Positions 43,174 through 52,427 of a stretch of 64,000 bases of DNA are shown one piece after another; position 1 is the stretch's first letter; each line of letters begins with the position of its first letter. Made by a program: the position numbers and the translations under genes. A model generated the notes under the pieces. The model did not search any database. It was not told the origin of the DNA and saw only the letters and a list, made by a program, of their open reading frames with translations. Origin of the DNA: Sphingomonas sp. (lineage in GTDB: Bacteria; Pseudomonadota; Alphaproteobacteria; Sphingomonadales; Sphingomonadaceae); assembly GCA_021732445.1 (NCBI GenBank), contig JAKFUZ010000022.1, positions 2,218 to 66,217 of the forward strand, given 5' to 3'.

Positions 43174-44256
43174 GTGGAGCGCAGCGAACAAACCGGGCTG
43201 GCCGTCGCCCTAATCGGGCATGTCGTGGTGTTTGGCTTGCTGTCGGCGCAATTCCTGGCCCACCCTCCGGCGATGAGGCCGCCTGAAACGCCGCTCGACG
43301 TGTCGCTGGTTGAAGAAGTCGCCCCGGTCGCGCAGGCGCCGGAGCAGGCGCCCGCGCCCGCGCCATCCCGCGCGCCGGATGCCGGGCAGCCCGCTGACGC
43401 CCCGCCGCCTGCGCCCCTGCTGCCGCTGCCGCAGCCCAGGCCAATAGCCGCGCCGGCGCCGTCTGCGGCTGCACCGGCGCCCGCGCCACCGCCCAGACCT
43501 GCGCCCAAGCCGTCCCCGGCGACGCCGCCGCAAAGGGCCGAGCCGAAGCCGGCGGCCACGCCGCCGCCCAAGGTGCCGCCAAAGCCAGCGCCGGTGGCCC
43601 GCGTGTTGCCCAGGCGCCTGCCCAAAACGGCGGATACCACTACGGCGCGGTCGGCCACGCCAGCCGCGACCCCAGCGCCGGCAAAGTCCACGCTCGCCAA
43701 GACCGCGCCGGCAAAAGCCGCGCCGGCAAAGCCCGCGCCTGCCAAAGCCGTGCCCGCAAAGGCGGCACCGGCGCCAACGCTGCCGCCCAAGGTGCCGGGT
43801 GCTGGCGCCAGGCCGGCCGCGACGAAGCCCCGGCCCACGGGGTCGCGGCTCGATGCGATCTTCAGCAGCGGCGTGACCAGCGCGCCATCAAAATCCCAGG
43901 TGCCCGCACCCCCCAAGGCTGTGGTCATCGACGCCAAGGCGCTTGCCGGTATTCAGGATGCAATCGCGCGGCAACTCCAGCCCTGTGCGGACCGGCAGGT
44001 GAACCCCGGCCCCGGCGCGAATCAGATTGTGACGGTGCTGAACCTGCGGCTCAACCGCGATGGCAGGCTGGCCGTGCCGCCAGCCGTGGTCCGCCAGTCC
44101 GGCCTCGACGGTGATAATGATCGCTATAGCCGCCGGGTGATTGATCTGGCGGTGGCCGCATTCAACGAGTGCGCGCCGCTCAAGCTGCCGCCGGAATATT
44201 ACGCCACCCCGAATGGCGGCTGGAACAATATCAACTATAACTGGCAATTGCGGTGA
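43174..44256 (+). CDS. tolA: Tol-Pal system protein TolA
   Basis: N-terminal anchor GLAVALIGHVVVFGLL. A long Pro/Ala/Lys-rich spacer (APAKSTLAKTAPAKAAPAKPAPAKAVPAKAAPAP) precedes a globular C-terminal domain. GTG 43174 is preferred (aaggggg SD) over TTG 43159. Confidence 0.8.
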   Translation: MERSEQTGLAVALIGHVVVFGLLSAQFLAHPPAMRPPETPLDVSLVEEVAPVAQAPEQAPAPAPSRAPDAGQPADAPPPAPLLPLPQPRPIAAPAPSAAAPAPAPPPRPAPKPSPATPPQRAEPKPAATPPPKVPPKPAPVARVLPRRLPKTADTTTARSATPAATPAPAKSTLAKTAPAKAAPAKPAPAKAVPAKAAPAPTLPPKVPGAGARPAATKPRPTGSRLDAIFSSGVTSAPSKSQVPAPPKAVVIDAKALAGIQDAIARQLQPCADRQVNPGPGANQIVTVLNLRLNRDGRLAVPPAVVRQSGLDGDNDRYSRRVIDLAVAAFNECAPLKLPPEYYATPNGGWNNINYNWQLR

Positions 44257-44269
44257 GGATGGTGTGCGT

Positions 44270-45709
44270 ATGGCGGTGATGGCTCAGATCAGGCGGGGCG
44301 GCGTGGTTGCGCTGCTGGCTGTTGCGCTGCTCGCTGTCGCGGTGCCGGTGGTGGCGCAGGTGACGGCGCCTGCGCCGCGGGTGCCGCCCGTCACTGGCCC
44401 TGCCCCGGCACCGGTCGCGCCCGGCGCAGGTCAGGCGGGCAATCCGCCGCCGCTTGAAGTGTCGGTGACCGGCGGGGTTTCGGCGCCGCTGCCGCTGGCC
44501 ATCCCCGCGATGCCGACCAATGCGGTTGCGCAGACGCCCGCCGGGCCGACCGATGTGCTCGGCCGCAAAATGGCCGAGGTCATCACCGCCGACCTGAAAA
44601 ACTCCGGCCTGTTTTCCCCGCTGGGGCCGGACAGGCTCAGGGCGGTTGGCGTTGCAGAAGTGACCGCGCCGAATTTCGACTATTGGGGCGGCGCCGGCAC
44701 GCAGGCGCTGGTGCAGGGGTTTTTGCGCGCCAATGATGATGGCACGCTGACCGTTGGCTGCTATCTTTATGACGTGGCCGCGCGCAGCGAGCTGACCCGG
44801 CAGGGCTTTGTGGTAGCCCCCGAAGACTGGCGCCGCGCCGCCCACAAATGCGCCGACACCATCTATACGCGGCTGACCGGCGAGGGCGGCTATTTCGACA
44901 GCCGGGTGGTTTATGTGTCGGAGACCGGCCCCAAGGAGCGGCGCATCAAGCGGTTGGCCATCATGGATCAGGACGGGGCGAACCACCGCTTCCTTACCAA
45001 TGGCCAGTCGATCGTGCTGTCGCCGCGTTTTGCGCCCAACCAGCAGTCGATCGTTTATGTAAGCTATGTCGGCGACCGGCCGTCAATTTACATCTACGAT
45101 ATTGGCAGCGGGCGGCAGCGGCTTGTCGTCAGCAACGCCAACCTTACCTTTGGCCCGCGTTTTTCGCCCGATGGCCGCTACATCCTGTTTTCGATGGCGG
45201 TCGGCGGCAATACCGATATCTACCGCGTTGCAGCAGCCGGCGGCCAGCCCGAGCGGCTCACCAATTCGCCCGGCATCGACACCGGCGGCAGCTATGCGCC
45301 AGACGGCCGGCGGATCGTGTTCGAAAGCGACCGGTCGGGCGGGCAGCAGCTTTATGTGATGAACGCCGATGGCAGCGACCAGCACCGCATCAGTTTTGGC
45401 GGCGGGCGTTATGCAACGCCGGTGTGGAGCCCGCGCGGTGACCTGATCGCGTTTACGCGCACATCGGGCAATTTCCGCATCGGCATCCTCAGCCCGAGCG
45501 GCGCCGGCGAAAAATTGCTGACTGACGACTGGCAGGACGAGCAGCCAAGCTGGTCGCCCAATGGCCGGGTGCTGATGTTTTTCCGCTCCGGCCAGGGGCG
45601 GTCGGGCACCGCAGACTTATGGTCGGTTGACCTGACGGGCGTTAACCTGCGCCGCCTGCAGACGCCGCTTAGTGGATCCGACCCTGCCTGGGGGCCGTTG
45701 CGTCCGTGA
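44270..45709 (+). CDS. tolB: Tol-Pal system beta-propeller protein TolB
   Basis: Signal peptide MAVMAQIRRGGVVALLAVALLAVAVPVVA|QV. Repeated propeller motifs PRFSPDGRYILF, SYAPDGRRIVF, PVWSPRGDLIAF and PSWSPNGRVLMF. Confidence 0.9.
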   Translation: MAVMAQIRRGGVVALLAVALLAVAVPVVAQVTAPAPRVPPVTGPAPAPVAPGAGQAGNPPPLEVSVTGGVSAPLPLAIPAMPTNAVAQTPAGPTDVLGRKMAEVITADLKNSGLFSPLGPDRLRAVGVAEVTAPNFDYWGGAGTQALVQGFLRANDDGTLTVGCYLYDVAARSELTRQGFVVAPEDWRRAAHKCADTIYTRLTGEGGYFDSRVVYVSETGPKERRIKRLAIMDQDGANHRFLTNGQSIVLSPRFAPNQQSIVYVSYVGDRPSIYIYDIGSGRQRLVVSNANLTFGPRFSPDGRYILFSMAVGGNTDIYRVAAAGGQPERLTNSPGIDTGGSYAPDGRRIVFESDRSGGQQLYVMNADGSDQHRISFGGGRYATPVWSPRGDLIAFTRTSGNFRIGILSPSGAGEKLLTDDWQDEQPSWSPNGRVLMFFRSGQGRSGTADLWSVDLTGVNLRRLQTPLSGSDPAWGPLRP

Positions 45710-45762
45710 CGCGCCCGTTCATCACCCGGTCCGCCGCGACCGCCAATCCAAGGAGAACCGAC

Positions 45763-46287
45763 ATGGCCAGACTGATGACCAAATTGCTGCTCGGCACAAT
45801 GCTCGTTGCGGTTGCCGCCTGCACGCCAAAGCGTGTTGAAACCCTGCCAGAGGCCCCGGTCGGGTCGGGTCCGGTCGGCACAGGCGCGGGCACGGGCCAG
45901 GCGAGCACCGGCAATGCCGTGACGCCGGGCTCGGCGGAGGATTTCAAGCGCTCGGTTGCAAGCGACACGATCAACTTTGGCCTTGACGCTTTCGACATTG
46001 ATGCGCCGGCGCGCGCCATTCTCGACAGTCAGGTGGCATGGCTGGCGCAATATCCCAATGTGCGCATCACCATCGAGGGGCACTGCGACGAGCGCGGCAC
46101 CCGCGACTATAACCTGGCGCTGGGCGACAGGCGCGCCAATGCGGCCAAGAATTATCTGGCGGCCCGCGGCGTGTCGGCGGCGCGCATTGCCACCATAAGC
46201 TATGGCAAGGAGCGGCCGCTGGCGCTTGGCTCAGACGACGCAAGCTGGGCGCAAAACCGCCGCGCAGTAACGGTGACGGTGCAGTAA
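45763..46287 (+). CDS. pal: peptidoglycan-associated lipoprotein Pal (OmpA family)
   Basis: aggaga SD. Lipobox LVAVAA|C. OmpA-like GHCDERGTRDYNLALGDRRANA...NRRAV. Confidence 0.9.
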   Translation: MARLMTKLLLGTMLVAVAACTPKRVETLPEAPVGSGPVGTGAGTGQASTGNAVTPGSAEDFKRSVASDTINFGLDAFDIDAPARAILDSQVAWLAQYPNVRITIEGHCDERGTRDYNLALGDRRANAAKNYLAARGVSAARIATISYGKERPLALGSDDASWAQNRRAVTVTVQ

Positions 46288-46312
46288 TCTGCGCCCTGGC
46301 GCGGTGGGGCGA

Positions 46313-47731
46313 TCATCCGGCGGGCGGGCCGAATTCGGCGGCCAGCCGCTGGAGGTTGGCCATCGCTGCCATCGCATGGGCCTGAAAGCTCGCCAGAACC
46401 GCCTGCTTTTCGGCATCGTCAGCGCCGACCGCGGCGATGACTTTTCCGAAACCATCGAGCCGCGACTCGCGAATCCAGCTCCGCAGCTTGGCATCTTGCC
46501 CCCAGCGAAACTGGTTCATCATGTTGGCGATGTTGGTGGCGGGGAACATTTCTGGCGTGTCGGGGAAGGGCACGGTGGCGCACAGCGCGTTTTTTTCGGC
46601 ATCGTCGGCGTAATGGGCCTCGACATAGGCGGTGAGCGCGGCGCTGAACGCGGGTTGCGGTGCCCGCACCATCTGCGGGATGATCCGGCTCCCCTGAAAA
46701 ATCGGCACGGCCGGGCGCCGTTCAACGGCCGAGGCGGTGCAGTCGACGTACAGCGCGCCTTCGGGCATCGCCACGCGCCCGCTGTCAAACACCAGCGCCC
46801 CGGCCTCGACGGCGCGGACATGGCCCTGGCGCAGCACGTGGGTTATGCGGCGCAACTGCTCAATCTCGGCAAGCGAGATCGTTGCATAATGGATCATGCC
46901 GGGGCGAATGTTGCGGTCGATCCGCAGCATCAGCCCAATCGCCTCAAGCCGGTCGAACAGGTCGTCGATCGAGCTTGCCTGAGCAAAAGCCTTGATCTGT
47001 TCTGCCTGGCCGCCGATGGTTTCGTTGAAAAATTCAAGCCCGGGCTGGACCCGCTGCCGGTTCAGCAGCCACGAATCGCGCGGGACCACCCATGAAATCC
47101 GGTCGGGTGCGGCGCCCGAATTGAGCAGCCATACGCCGACATCCATCGCGGTTTTGCCAGCCCCCAGAATGATAAAATGCGTGGGGCGCGGCTCCGGCGC
47201 CTGCCACAGATGCGCCAGCGCATTGGGCGTCATGAGCCGGACGCCGGCGCCGACGGCATATTTGGGCCTGTGCGTGGCGGGCACGGTGGTGCCGTAATAG
47301 GTTGCGTCGACCGTTTTGCGCCGCACCGTAACCGTGGTTTCCTCACCCGACAGGAGCGATACGAAGCGCCCGCCCCCGCGATAGTCAGCCATGGGGAAAT
47401 AGCGCACGCGGCCGCTGGGCAGCAGATGCTGGCGCATCACGGCGTCAAAATAGCCGCTTACTTCAGGGCCTGAGGCAAGCTCGTACAGCCCGGCATTGAC
47501 GCCCACTGAATCCTTGCGCCCGGTGCCCAGCGGCATTGAATTCACACCGTAAAATGCCGAAGGCTGGTGCAGCGCCACGAAGGAATAGGCGTCGTTCCAG
47601 TGTCCGCCGGGCTTGCCGTGGCGGTCGACAATGGTGATGTCAGCATCGGTTTCGGCCAGCAGCGTATCAGCAAAGGCCAGCCCCACGGCACCGCTGCCGA
47701 CAATGAGATAATCCGTTTCCATCCCGGTCAT
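46313..47731 (-). CDS. FAD/NAD(P)-binding oxidoreductase (flavin monooxygenase-like, two Rossmann motifs)
   Basis: DYLIVGSGAVGLAFA (GxGxxG) and a second motif IILGAGKTAMDVG. 472 aa from ATG 47731 (ggggag SD). Confidence 0.75.
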   Translation of the reverse strand: MTGMETDYLIVGSGAVGLAFADTLLAETDADITIVDRHGKPGGHWNDAYSFVALHQPSAFYGVNSMPLGTGRKDSVGVNAGLYELASGPEVSGYFDAVMRQHLLPSGRVRYFPMADYRGGGRFVSLLSGEETTVTVRRKTVDATYYGTTVPATHRPKYAVGAGVRLMTPNALAHLWQAPEPRPTHFIILGAGKTAMDVGVWLLNSGAAPDRISWVVPRDSWLLNRQRVQPGLEFFNETIGGQAEQIKAFAQASSIDDLFDRLEAIGLMLRIDRNIRPGMIHYATISLAEIEQLRRITHVLRQGHVRAVEAGALVFDSGRVAMPEGALYVDCTASAVERRPAVPIFQGSRIIPQMVRAPQPAFSAALTAYVEAHYADDAEKNALCATVPFPDTPEMFPATNIANMMNQFRWGQDAKLRSWIRESRLDGFGKVIAAVGADDAEKQAVLASFQAHAMAAMANLQRLAAEFGPPAG

Positions 47732-47809
47732 CGGCACCGCTCCCCTGGCCCTGGGCGCCGATGAAAGCACGACGGCTGCCCAAGGTCCATTGCCGCCCGC
47801 CGATTTTCG

Positions 47810-47855
47810 TTGCTTACTACTTCAAAATAATATATTGATGATATCATATTAACGG
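47810..47855 (+). promoter_or_regulatory. A/T-rich promoter/operator region of the SPFH operon with 10-bp palindrome ATGATATCAT
   Basis: ttgcttactacttcaaaataatatattgATGATATCATattaac was read directly. The palindrome lies at 47838-47847, 20 nt upstream of the ATG at 47867. A -35-like TTGCTT and -10-like TATATT are present but with short spacing. Confidence 0.3.
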
Positions 47856-47866
47856 GAGGAATCACG

Positions 47867-48763
47867 ATGAGTAATCCGGCAATTGCGGCCGATCTGCAAT
47901 CAAGCCAGGAAGTGCGGGTCGCGTCCGCCAGCGGCTATACGGTGATGTTTGGCACGTTGGTCGCCATGGCAGCCGCGGTCTGGTGGTTTGTCGCCGATGT
48001 ACGGGGACACGGCCTGGTGTGGCCATCGATCATTATGTTCCTGGGCGCGCTGTTCCTGTCGCTTGGGCTATATGTGGTGCAACCCAATCAGGCCTATTCG
48101 ATCACGCTGTTTGGCACCTACAAGGGCACCGACCGGGCGACCGGCCTGCGCTGGGTCTGGCCATGGTATAGCGGCAAGAAGCTGTCGGTGAGGGCCAACA
48201 ACCTTATTTCGGAACGGCTGAAGGTGAACGATCAGCGCGGCAACCCGATCGAAATCGCCGCGCAAGTGGTGTGGCGCGTCACCGACACCGCCCAGGCGCT
48301 GTTCGACGTCGACGATTACAAGGCGTTCGTGATCGTGCAGATTGAGGCTGCCGTGCGCACCATCGGCGCGCGTTACCCCTATGATGATTTCGAGCATCTC
48401 GAAGTCACGTTGCGCGGCAACCATGACCAGATCGCTGCCGAACTGCGCACCGAATTGATGGCGCGGCTTGCGGTTGCTGGCATCACGGTTGACGAATGCG
48501 GCTTTACCCACCTGGCCTATGCCCAGGAAATCGCAGGCGCCATGCTGCGCCGGCAACAGGCGCAGGCGGTGGTGGCGGCGCGCAAGACGCTGGTCGAGGG
48601 CGCTGTTGGTATGGTCGAGATGGCGCTTGAGATGCTGTCGGAAAAAAATGTGGTGCATCTGGACGATGAGCGGCGCGCGGCAATGGTTTCCAACCTCATG
48701 GTCGTGCTGTGCGGCGAGCGGGATACGCAGCCCGTCGTCAACGCCGGCTCGCTGTACCAGTAG
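47867..48763 (+). CDS. SPFH/Band-7 domain membrane protein
   Basis: Two N-terminal TM segments are followed by a stomatin/prohibitin-like core ([34 protein letters not shown]...[17 protein letters not shown]). Confidence 0.85.
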   Translation: MSNPAIAADLQSSQEVRVASASGYTVMFGTLVAMAAAVWWFVADVRGHGLVWPSIIMFLGALFLSLGLYVVQPNQAYSITLFGTYKGTDRATGLRWVWPWYSGKKLSVRANNLISERLKVNDQRGNPIEIAAQVVWRVTDTAQALFDVDDYKAFVIVQIEAAVRTIGARYPYDDFEHLEVTLRGNHDQIAAELRTELMARLAVAGITVDECGFTHLAYAQEIAGAMLRRQQAQAVVAARKTLVEGAVGMVEMALEMLSEKNVVHLDDERRAAMVSNLMVVLCGERDTQPVVNAGSLYQ

Positions 48764-48772
48764 GTCGGTCAG

Positions 48773-48982
48773 GTGGCGGGACCGGCGAAAAAGGCGTTCC
48801 CGCTGCGGCTCGATCCGGCGCTGCACGCCGCGATCGAGCGCACGGCGGCGGCCGACCTGCGCAGCGTCAACGCGCAGGTCGAATATCTGCTGCGCGAGGC
48901 ACTGGCGCGGCGCGGCGTGCGGGTGACGATGAGCGAGCCGCCCCGGCGGGGCCGCCCGTCAAAGGATATGAATGATGGATAA
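48773..48982 (+). CDS. Arc/MetJ-type ribbon-helix-helix DNA-binding protein
   Basis: KKAFPLRLDPALHAAIERTAAADLRSVNAQVEYLLREALARRG shows a beta-strand plus two helices, the RHH pattern. GTG start 9 nt after the SPFH stop. Confidence 0.65.
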   Translation: MAGPAKKAFPLRLDPALHAAIERTAAADLRSVNAQVEYLLREALARRGVRVTMSEPPRRGRPSKDMNDG

Positions 48983-49490
48983 GCCATGGTTTGTGCGCGT
49001 CCGCGGGCCAATGAAGTATCAGATTACGCCGTGCGCGTGGCAGGGCTGGGCCGTGACCGCGGCCTTCATATTGTTCATCACCGGAGGCAGCCTGTTCATC
49101 GGCCAGCAAGATCAACAGTCTGGCGGCGGATTGGCGGCGCAGATGCTGCTCACTGCCGGCGCGTTGGCAGTGTATCTTTTCCTGGCGGTGAAGATGTCGG
49201 TTTCGGCCGACAGTCTCGATGCGCAGGCGGCGCGGCGCCCAACGTCATCACGGTCACCCACAGGCGGCCAAAATTCTCAATATTGGTTTGTCCCGCGATG
49301 GGCAGGCGTTGGAGCAACGCCGGCTACGTGGCAGGGTTGGGCGGTAGCGCTGGGCGGGGTTGGCGGTGCATTCGCGGTTGTCGGCCTGGTCCCGTCCGAT
49401 CTTGCCAAGGCGCTGCTGGTTGCCGCCGACATCATTGTAATCATATTGATTGTGCTGGCCAAAACCAAGGGCGGGTGGCGCAGGCGCTGA
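48972..49490 (+). CDS. membrane protein with internal duplication (2 x TP-x-x-WQGWAV + two TM)
   Basis: ITPCAWQGWAVTAAFILFITGG... and ATPATWQGWAVALGGVGGAFAVVG.... Four hydrophobic segments. The start is uncertain (48972, 48975 or 49011). Confidence 0.5.
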   Translation: MMDKPWFVRVRGPMKYQITPCAWQGWAVTAAFILFITGGSLFIGQQDQQSGGGLAAQMLLTAGALAVYLFLAVKMSVSADSLDAQAARRPTSSRSPTGGQNSQYWFVPRWAGVGATPATWQGWAVALGGVGGAFAVVGLVPSDLAKALLVAADIIVIILIVLAKTKGGWRRR

Positions 49491-49535
49491 GGTGTGGATG
49501 ACCGAAGATCAGGTTGCTGAGCAGGAGATAGCAGA

Positions 49536-50504
49536 ATGCACAGGATAACATTGGGCGCCGCCATTGCCGGCGCTATGGCAGTAAGCGTCGCGCTGTCGCC
49601 ACCGGTGATGGCCCGGGAAATCACCGTGCCGGGGCCGCTTGCGCCGCTGCGTGGCACGCTGCTCCAGCCAGCCACGCCGGCCAGCGCCCCGGTGGTCCTG
49701 ATCCTGCCGGGCTCTGGGCCGACGGACCGCGATGGCAACAACCCGCTTGGCGTGAAAGCGGCGCCCTATCGGCTGCTCGCCGAGGCGCTTGCGGCGCGCG
49801 GGATTGCGTCGGTGCGCATCGACAAGCGCGGCGTGGCAGAAAGTCAGGCGGCGGTCGCGGATGGCAATGCGGTGACACTGGCCGATTATGGCGCCGACGC
49901 ACGCGCCTGGGCTGAGGCCGCGCGGCGTGAAACGGGTGCGGGATGCGTCTGGTTGCTCGGGCACAGCGAGGGCGGATTGATCGCGCTGTCCGCCGCCGAC
50001 GGGCCGGGGATTTGCGGCGTGATTCTCGTCGCGGCGGCAGGCCGGCCGTTTGGCACCATCATCCGCGAGCAGCTTCACGCCAACCCCGCCAACGCGCCGT
50101 TGCTCGCGCAGGCCGAGGCCGCCTTGTCGTCGCTTGAAAAGGGTGAGCGGGTGGAGGCGAGCGGTCTGCATCCAGCGCTGCAGGGCCTGTTCAACCCGGC
50201 GGTGCAGGGCTATTTGATTGATCTGTTGCAACATGACCCCGCAAAAATGGCGCAGGGCAACAGCCGGCCAATGCTGATCGTGCAGGGGTTGAGCGATATT
50301 CAGGTGTCACAGGCCGATGCGCGGGCGCTGGCCGCTGCCCGGCCGGATGCGCGGCTCGTTTTGATTGCGGGCATGAACCATGTGCTAAAGCAGGTCGGCG
50401 ATGTCGACCGCGCGGCGAACCTGGCAAGCTATGCCAACCCCAGCCTCCCGGTCGATGCGACGCTGGTCAGCACGATTGCCGCATTTGTGGCGGTGCAGAA
50501 TTAG
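49536..50504 (+). CDS. exported alpha/beta-hydrolase
   Basis: Signal peptide MHRITLGAAIAGAMAVSVALSPPVMA|RE. Nucleophile elbow LLGHSEGG. Late GMNHVL (His). Confidence 0.8.
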   Translation: MHRITLGAAIAGAMAVSVALSPPVMAREITVPGPLAPLRGTLLQPATPASAPVVLILPGSGPTDRDGNNPLGVKAAPYRLLAEALAARGIASVRIDKRGVAESQAAVADGNAVTLADYGADARAWAEAARRETGAGCVWLLGHSEGGLIALSAADGPGICGVILVAAAGRPFGTIIREQLHANPANAPLLAQAEAALSSLEKGERVEASGLHPALQGLFNPAVQGYLIDLLQHDPAKMAQGNSRPMLIVQGLSDIQVSQADARALAAARPDARLVLIAGMNHVLKQVGDVDRAANLASYANPSLPVDATLVSTIAAFVAVQN

Positions 50505-51352
50505 CCCAGCGCGGCATCGAGCAGCCGGGCCAGCCGCAGCCCGGCGCGTTGCACTTGCAGCCGCGCGACCGGCACGAGCCGCGCCACCGTTGCATCATCG
50601 AGTTTCGCGCGCTCGGGCACGGGCGTTGTGCACGGGGCATCGCCCACGGCGCTTGGATATGTGACGGCGCGGCTGATCTGCCATGCTTGCCGGCTCCAGG
50701 TCTCGACGCTCCCGGCCGCAAGCCGCTGCGCCTCGCGCCCCCGATAGCGACGGATGAGGGACGGCCCGGTGGTGATCGCGCGTTCGGCCAGCGGCCCATC
50801 CCACACGCTGTGCAGGTTGAGCCGGGCGGGCGCGAAAATGCCATAAGCCGCGCGCACGTCGTTACCGCCCCGGTCGGCATGGTCGCCGCTGTGGAGCGGC
50901 ATGTGCAGATCGCCTGTGAAATGCACCAGAAAGGCCAGCGCCTCGACCCGGTCGCGCACTGGCAGCGCGCGATTTGCCAGGCGTTTGGCGTTGCGGCCAA
51001 CCTGCACAGCCACGCAATTTCCGTCCTTGCAGGCAGGCGTCAGGTCGAAGTCGACGCAGACATTGACGTTTTGATAGTGCCACGGCGCCGAATAGGCATA
51101 ACGATCCCCCAGGCTGCGGATGCAATCCGGCCACACGCTCAGATCTTCAATGCTGCGGGTTGCGCATGCCGGCGTGTCGAGGCGCCCCGCCCGTGCCACC
51201 AGCGCTCTGATGGCCGCAGCGGTTTTGGGCCGGACATTGGCCATCGCAATCTGGGCGATGACGTGATGGCCATAGGCGCCATAGGCGAGCGCGGGCGCGG
51301 GCAGCGCGGTTGCTGCAAGGGCGCAGGCCAGGGGCAGGGGATGACGGATCAT
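50501..51352 (-). CDS. S1/P1-family nuclease, exported
   Basis: ORF trimmed to MIRHPLPLACALAATALPAPALA|YGAYGHHVIAQIA. FLVHFTGDLHMPLH and HSVWD zinc-ligand motifs. Confidence 0.85.
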   Translation of the reverse strand: MIRHPLPLACALAATALPAPALAYGAYGHHVIAQIAMANVRPKTAAAIRALVARAGRLDTPACATRSIEDLSVWPDCIRSLGDRYAYSAPWHYQNVNVCVDFDLTPACKDGNCVAVQVGRNAKRLANRALPVRDRVEALAFLVHFTGDLHMPLHSGDHADRGGNDVRAAYGIFAPARLNLHSVWDGPLAERAITTGPSLIRRYRGREAQRLAAGSVETWSRQAWQISRAVTYPSAVGDAPCTTPVPERAKLDDATVARLVPVARLQVQRAGLRLARLLDAALG

Positions 51353-51448
51353 GGTGCGCGTTTCCTGATGATTTTCAACCGGCTGCGCGGGGCGTAACGC
51401 GGCATTGTTACACATTGAGGGTTATTGGGGCCGGGATGTCGGGGATGG

Positions 51449-51469
51449 GGCTATCGGCTATCGGCTATC
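51449..51469. repeat. 3 x 7-bp tandem repeat GGCTATC spanning the stop codon of the asparaginase-like gene
   Basis: ggctatcggctatcggctatc was read directly. On the coding (minus) strand it reads GATAGCC x3, placing TAG in all three frames. Confidence 0.9.
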
Positions 51470-52403
51470 GGGCGAAGATGGCAATCTGGCGCGCGCCGCC
51501 CATGCTGGCGCAGGCGCGGTACATGCCGGGGGTGGTGAAGGCGAGGGCGGTTGCGCCGCCGGGTGCCGCCACGATGACGCCGCCAGTGCCGCCCAGCGCC
51601 ACCACCTCGGCCAGTGCCGCCTCGGCCGCTGCCTGCAGCGAGGCACCACCCAGCCAGACGCGCGCGGCAATGTCATGCGCCACGCCTGCCCGGATGAAAT
51701 GCTCGCCCGAGCCGGTGCACGAGACGGCGCAGGCGCGGTCATCGGCCCAGGTGCCGGCGCCGATAAGCGGCGTGTCGCCGATCCGCCCCCAGCGCTTGCC
51801 GGTAACCCCGCCAGTTGAGGTTGCCGCCGCGACATGACCGAAATTGTCGCAGGCGACCGCGCCGACCGTGCCATATTTCATGTCGACATCGAACCAGTCT
51901 TCGCCGCGCGCCAGCATCATAGCCAGTTGCGCGCGGCGCTCGTCAGTCACGAACCAGTCCGGCCCGGCCTGTGCCAGGCCCTGTCCGCGCGAAAAAATGT
52001 CGGCGCCGGGGCCGCTCAGCAGCACATGCGGGCTGGCCTCCATGACCGCGCGGGCAAGCAGGACCGGGTTGCGCGTGGCGGTGATGCCAGCCGCCGCGCC
52101 TGCCGCCCGGGTGCGGCCGTCCATGATCGCGGCGTCGAGCGAAATCGCGCCGTCATAGCTCAGCACCGCGCCGCGTCCGGCGTTGAAATGCGGGTCATCC
52201 TCCAGCACCGTCACGGCCGCCGCCACGGCATCGAGCGCGGCCCCGCCTGCTGCCAGCACGGCCTCGCCGGCATCGAGCGCGCAGGCCAGCCCGGCGACCG
52301 CACCGTCGCGCTGCGTCGCCGGCACGGTCTCGGGCGTAAGCTGCCCGGCGCCGCCATGGAGGGCGAGGGACCAGCGGCAGGCATTGTCGGGCGGGTGCGG
52401 CAT
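51465..52403 (-). CDS. isoaspartyl peptidase / L-asparaginase (Ntn hydrolase)
   Basis: LALHGGAG. Autoprocessing nucleophile region YGTVGAVACD. Also GGVTGKRWGRIGDTPLIGAG. Confidence 0.9.
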   Translation of the reverse strand: MPHPPDNACRWSLALHGGAGQLTPETVPATQRDGAVAGLACALDAGEAVLAAGGAALDAVAAAVTVLEDDPHFNAGRGAVLSYDGAISLDAAIMDGRTRAAGAAAGITATRNPVLLARAVMEASPHVLLSGPGADIFSRGQGLAQAGPDWFVTDERRAQLAMMLARGEDWFDVDMKYGTVGAVACDNFGHVAAATSTGGVTGKRWGRIGDTPLIGAGTWADDRACAVSCTGSGEHFIRAGVAHDIAARVWLGGASLQAAAEAALAEVVALGGTGGVIVAAPGGATALAFTTPGMYRACASMGGARQIAIFAR

Positions 52404-52427
52404 GCGGTGTATCTCCGGCGGCGGGGG

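Noticed and set aside
43137-43937. 266-aa minus-strand Gly/Ala-rich ORF antisense to tolA
   Set aside because: It mirrors the Pro/Ala/Lys-rich tolA spacer. The low-complexity region simply stays open on the other strand.
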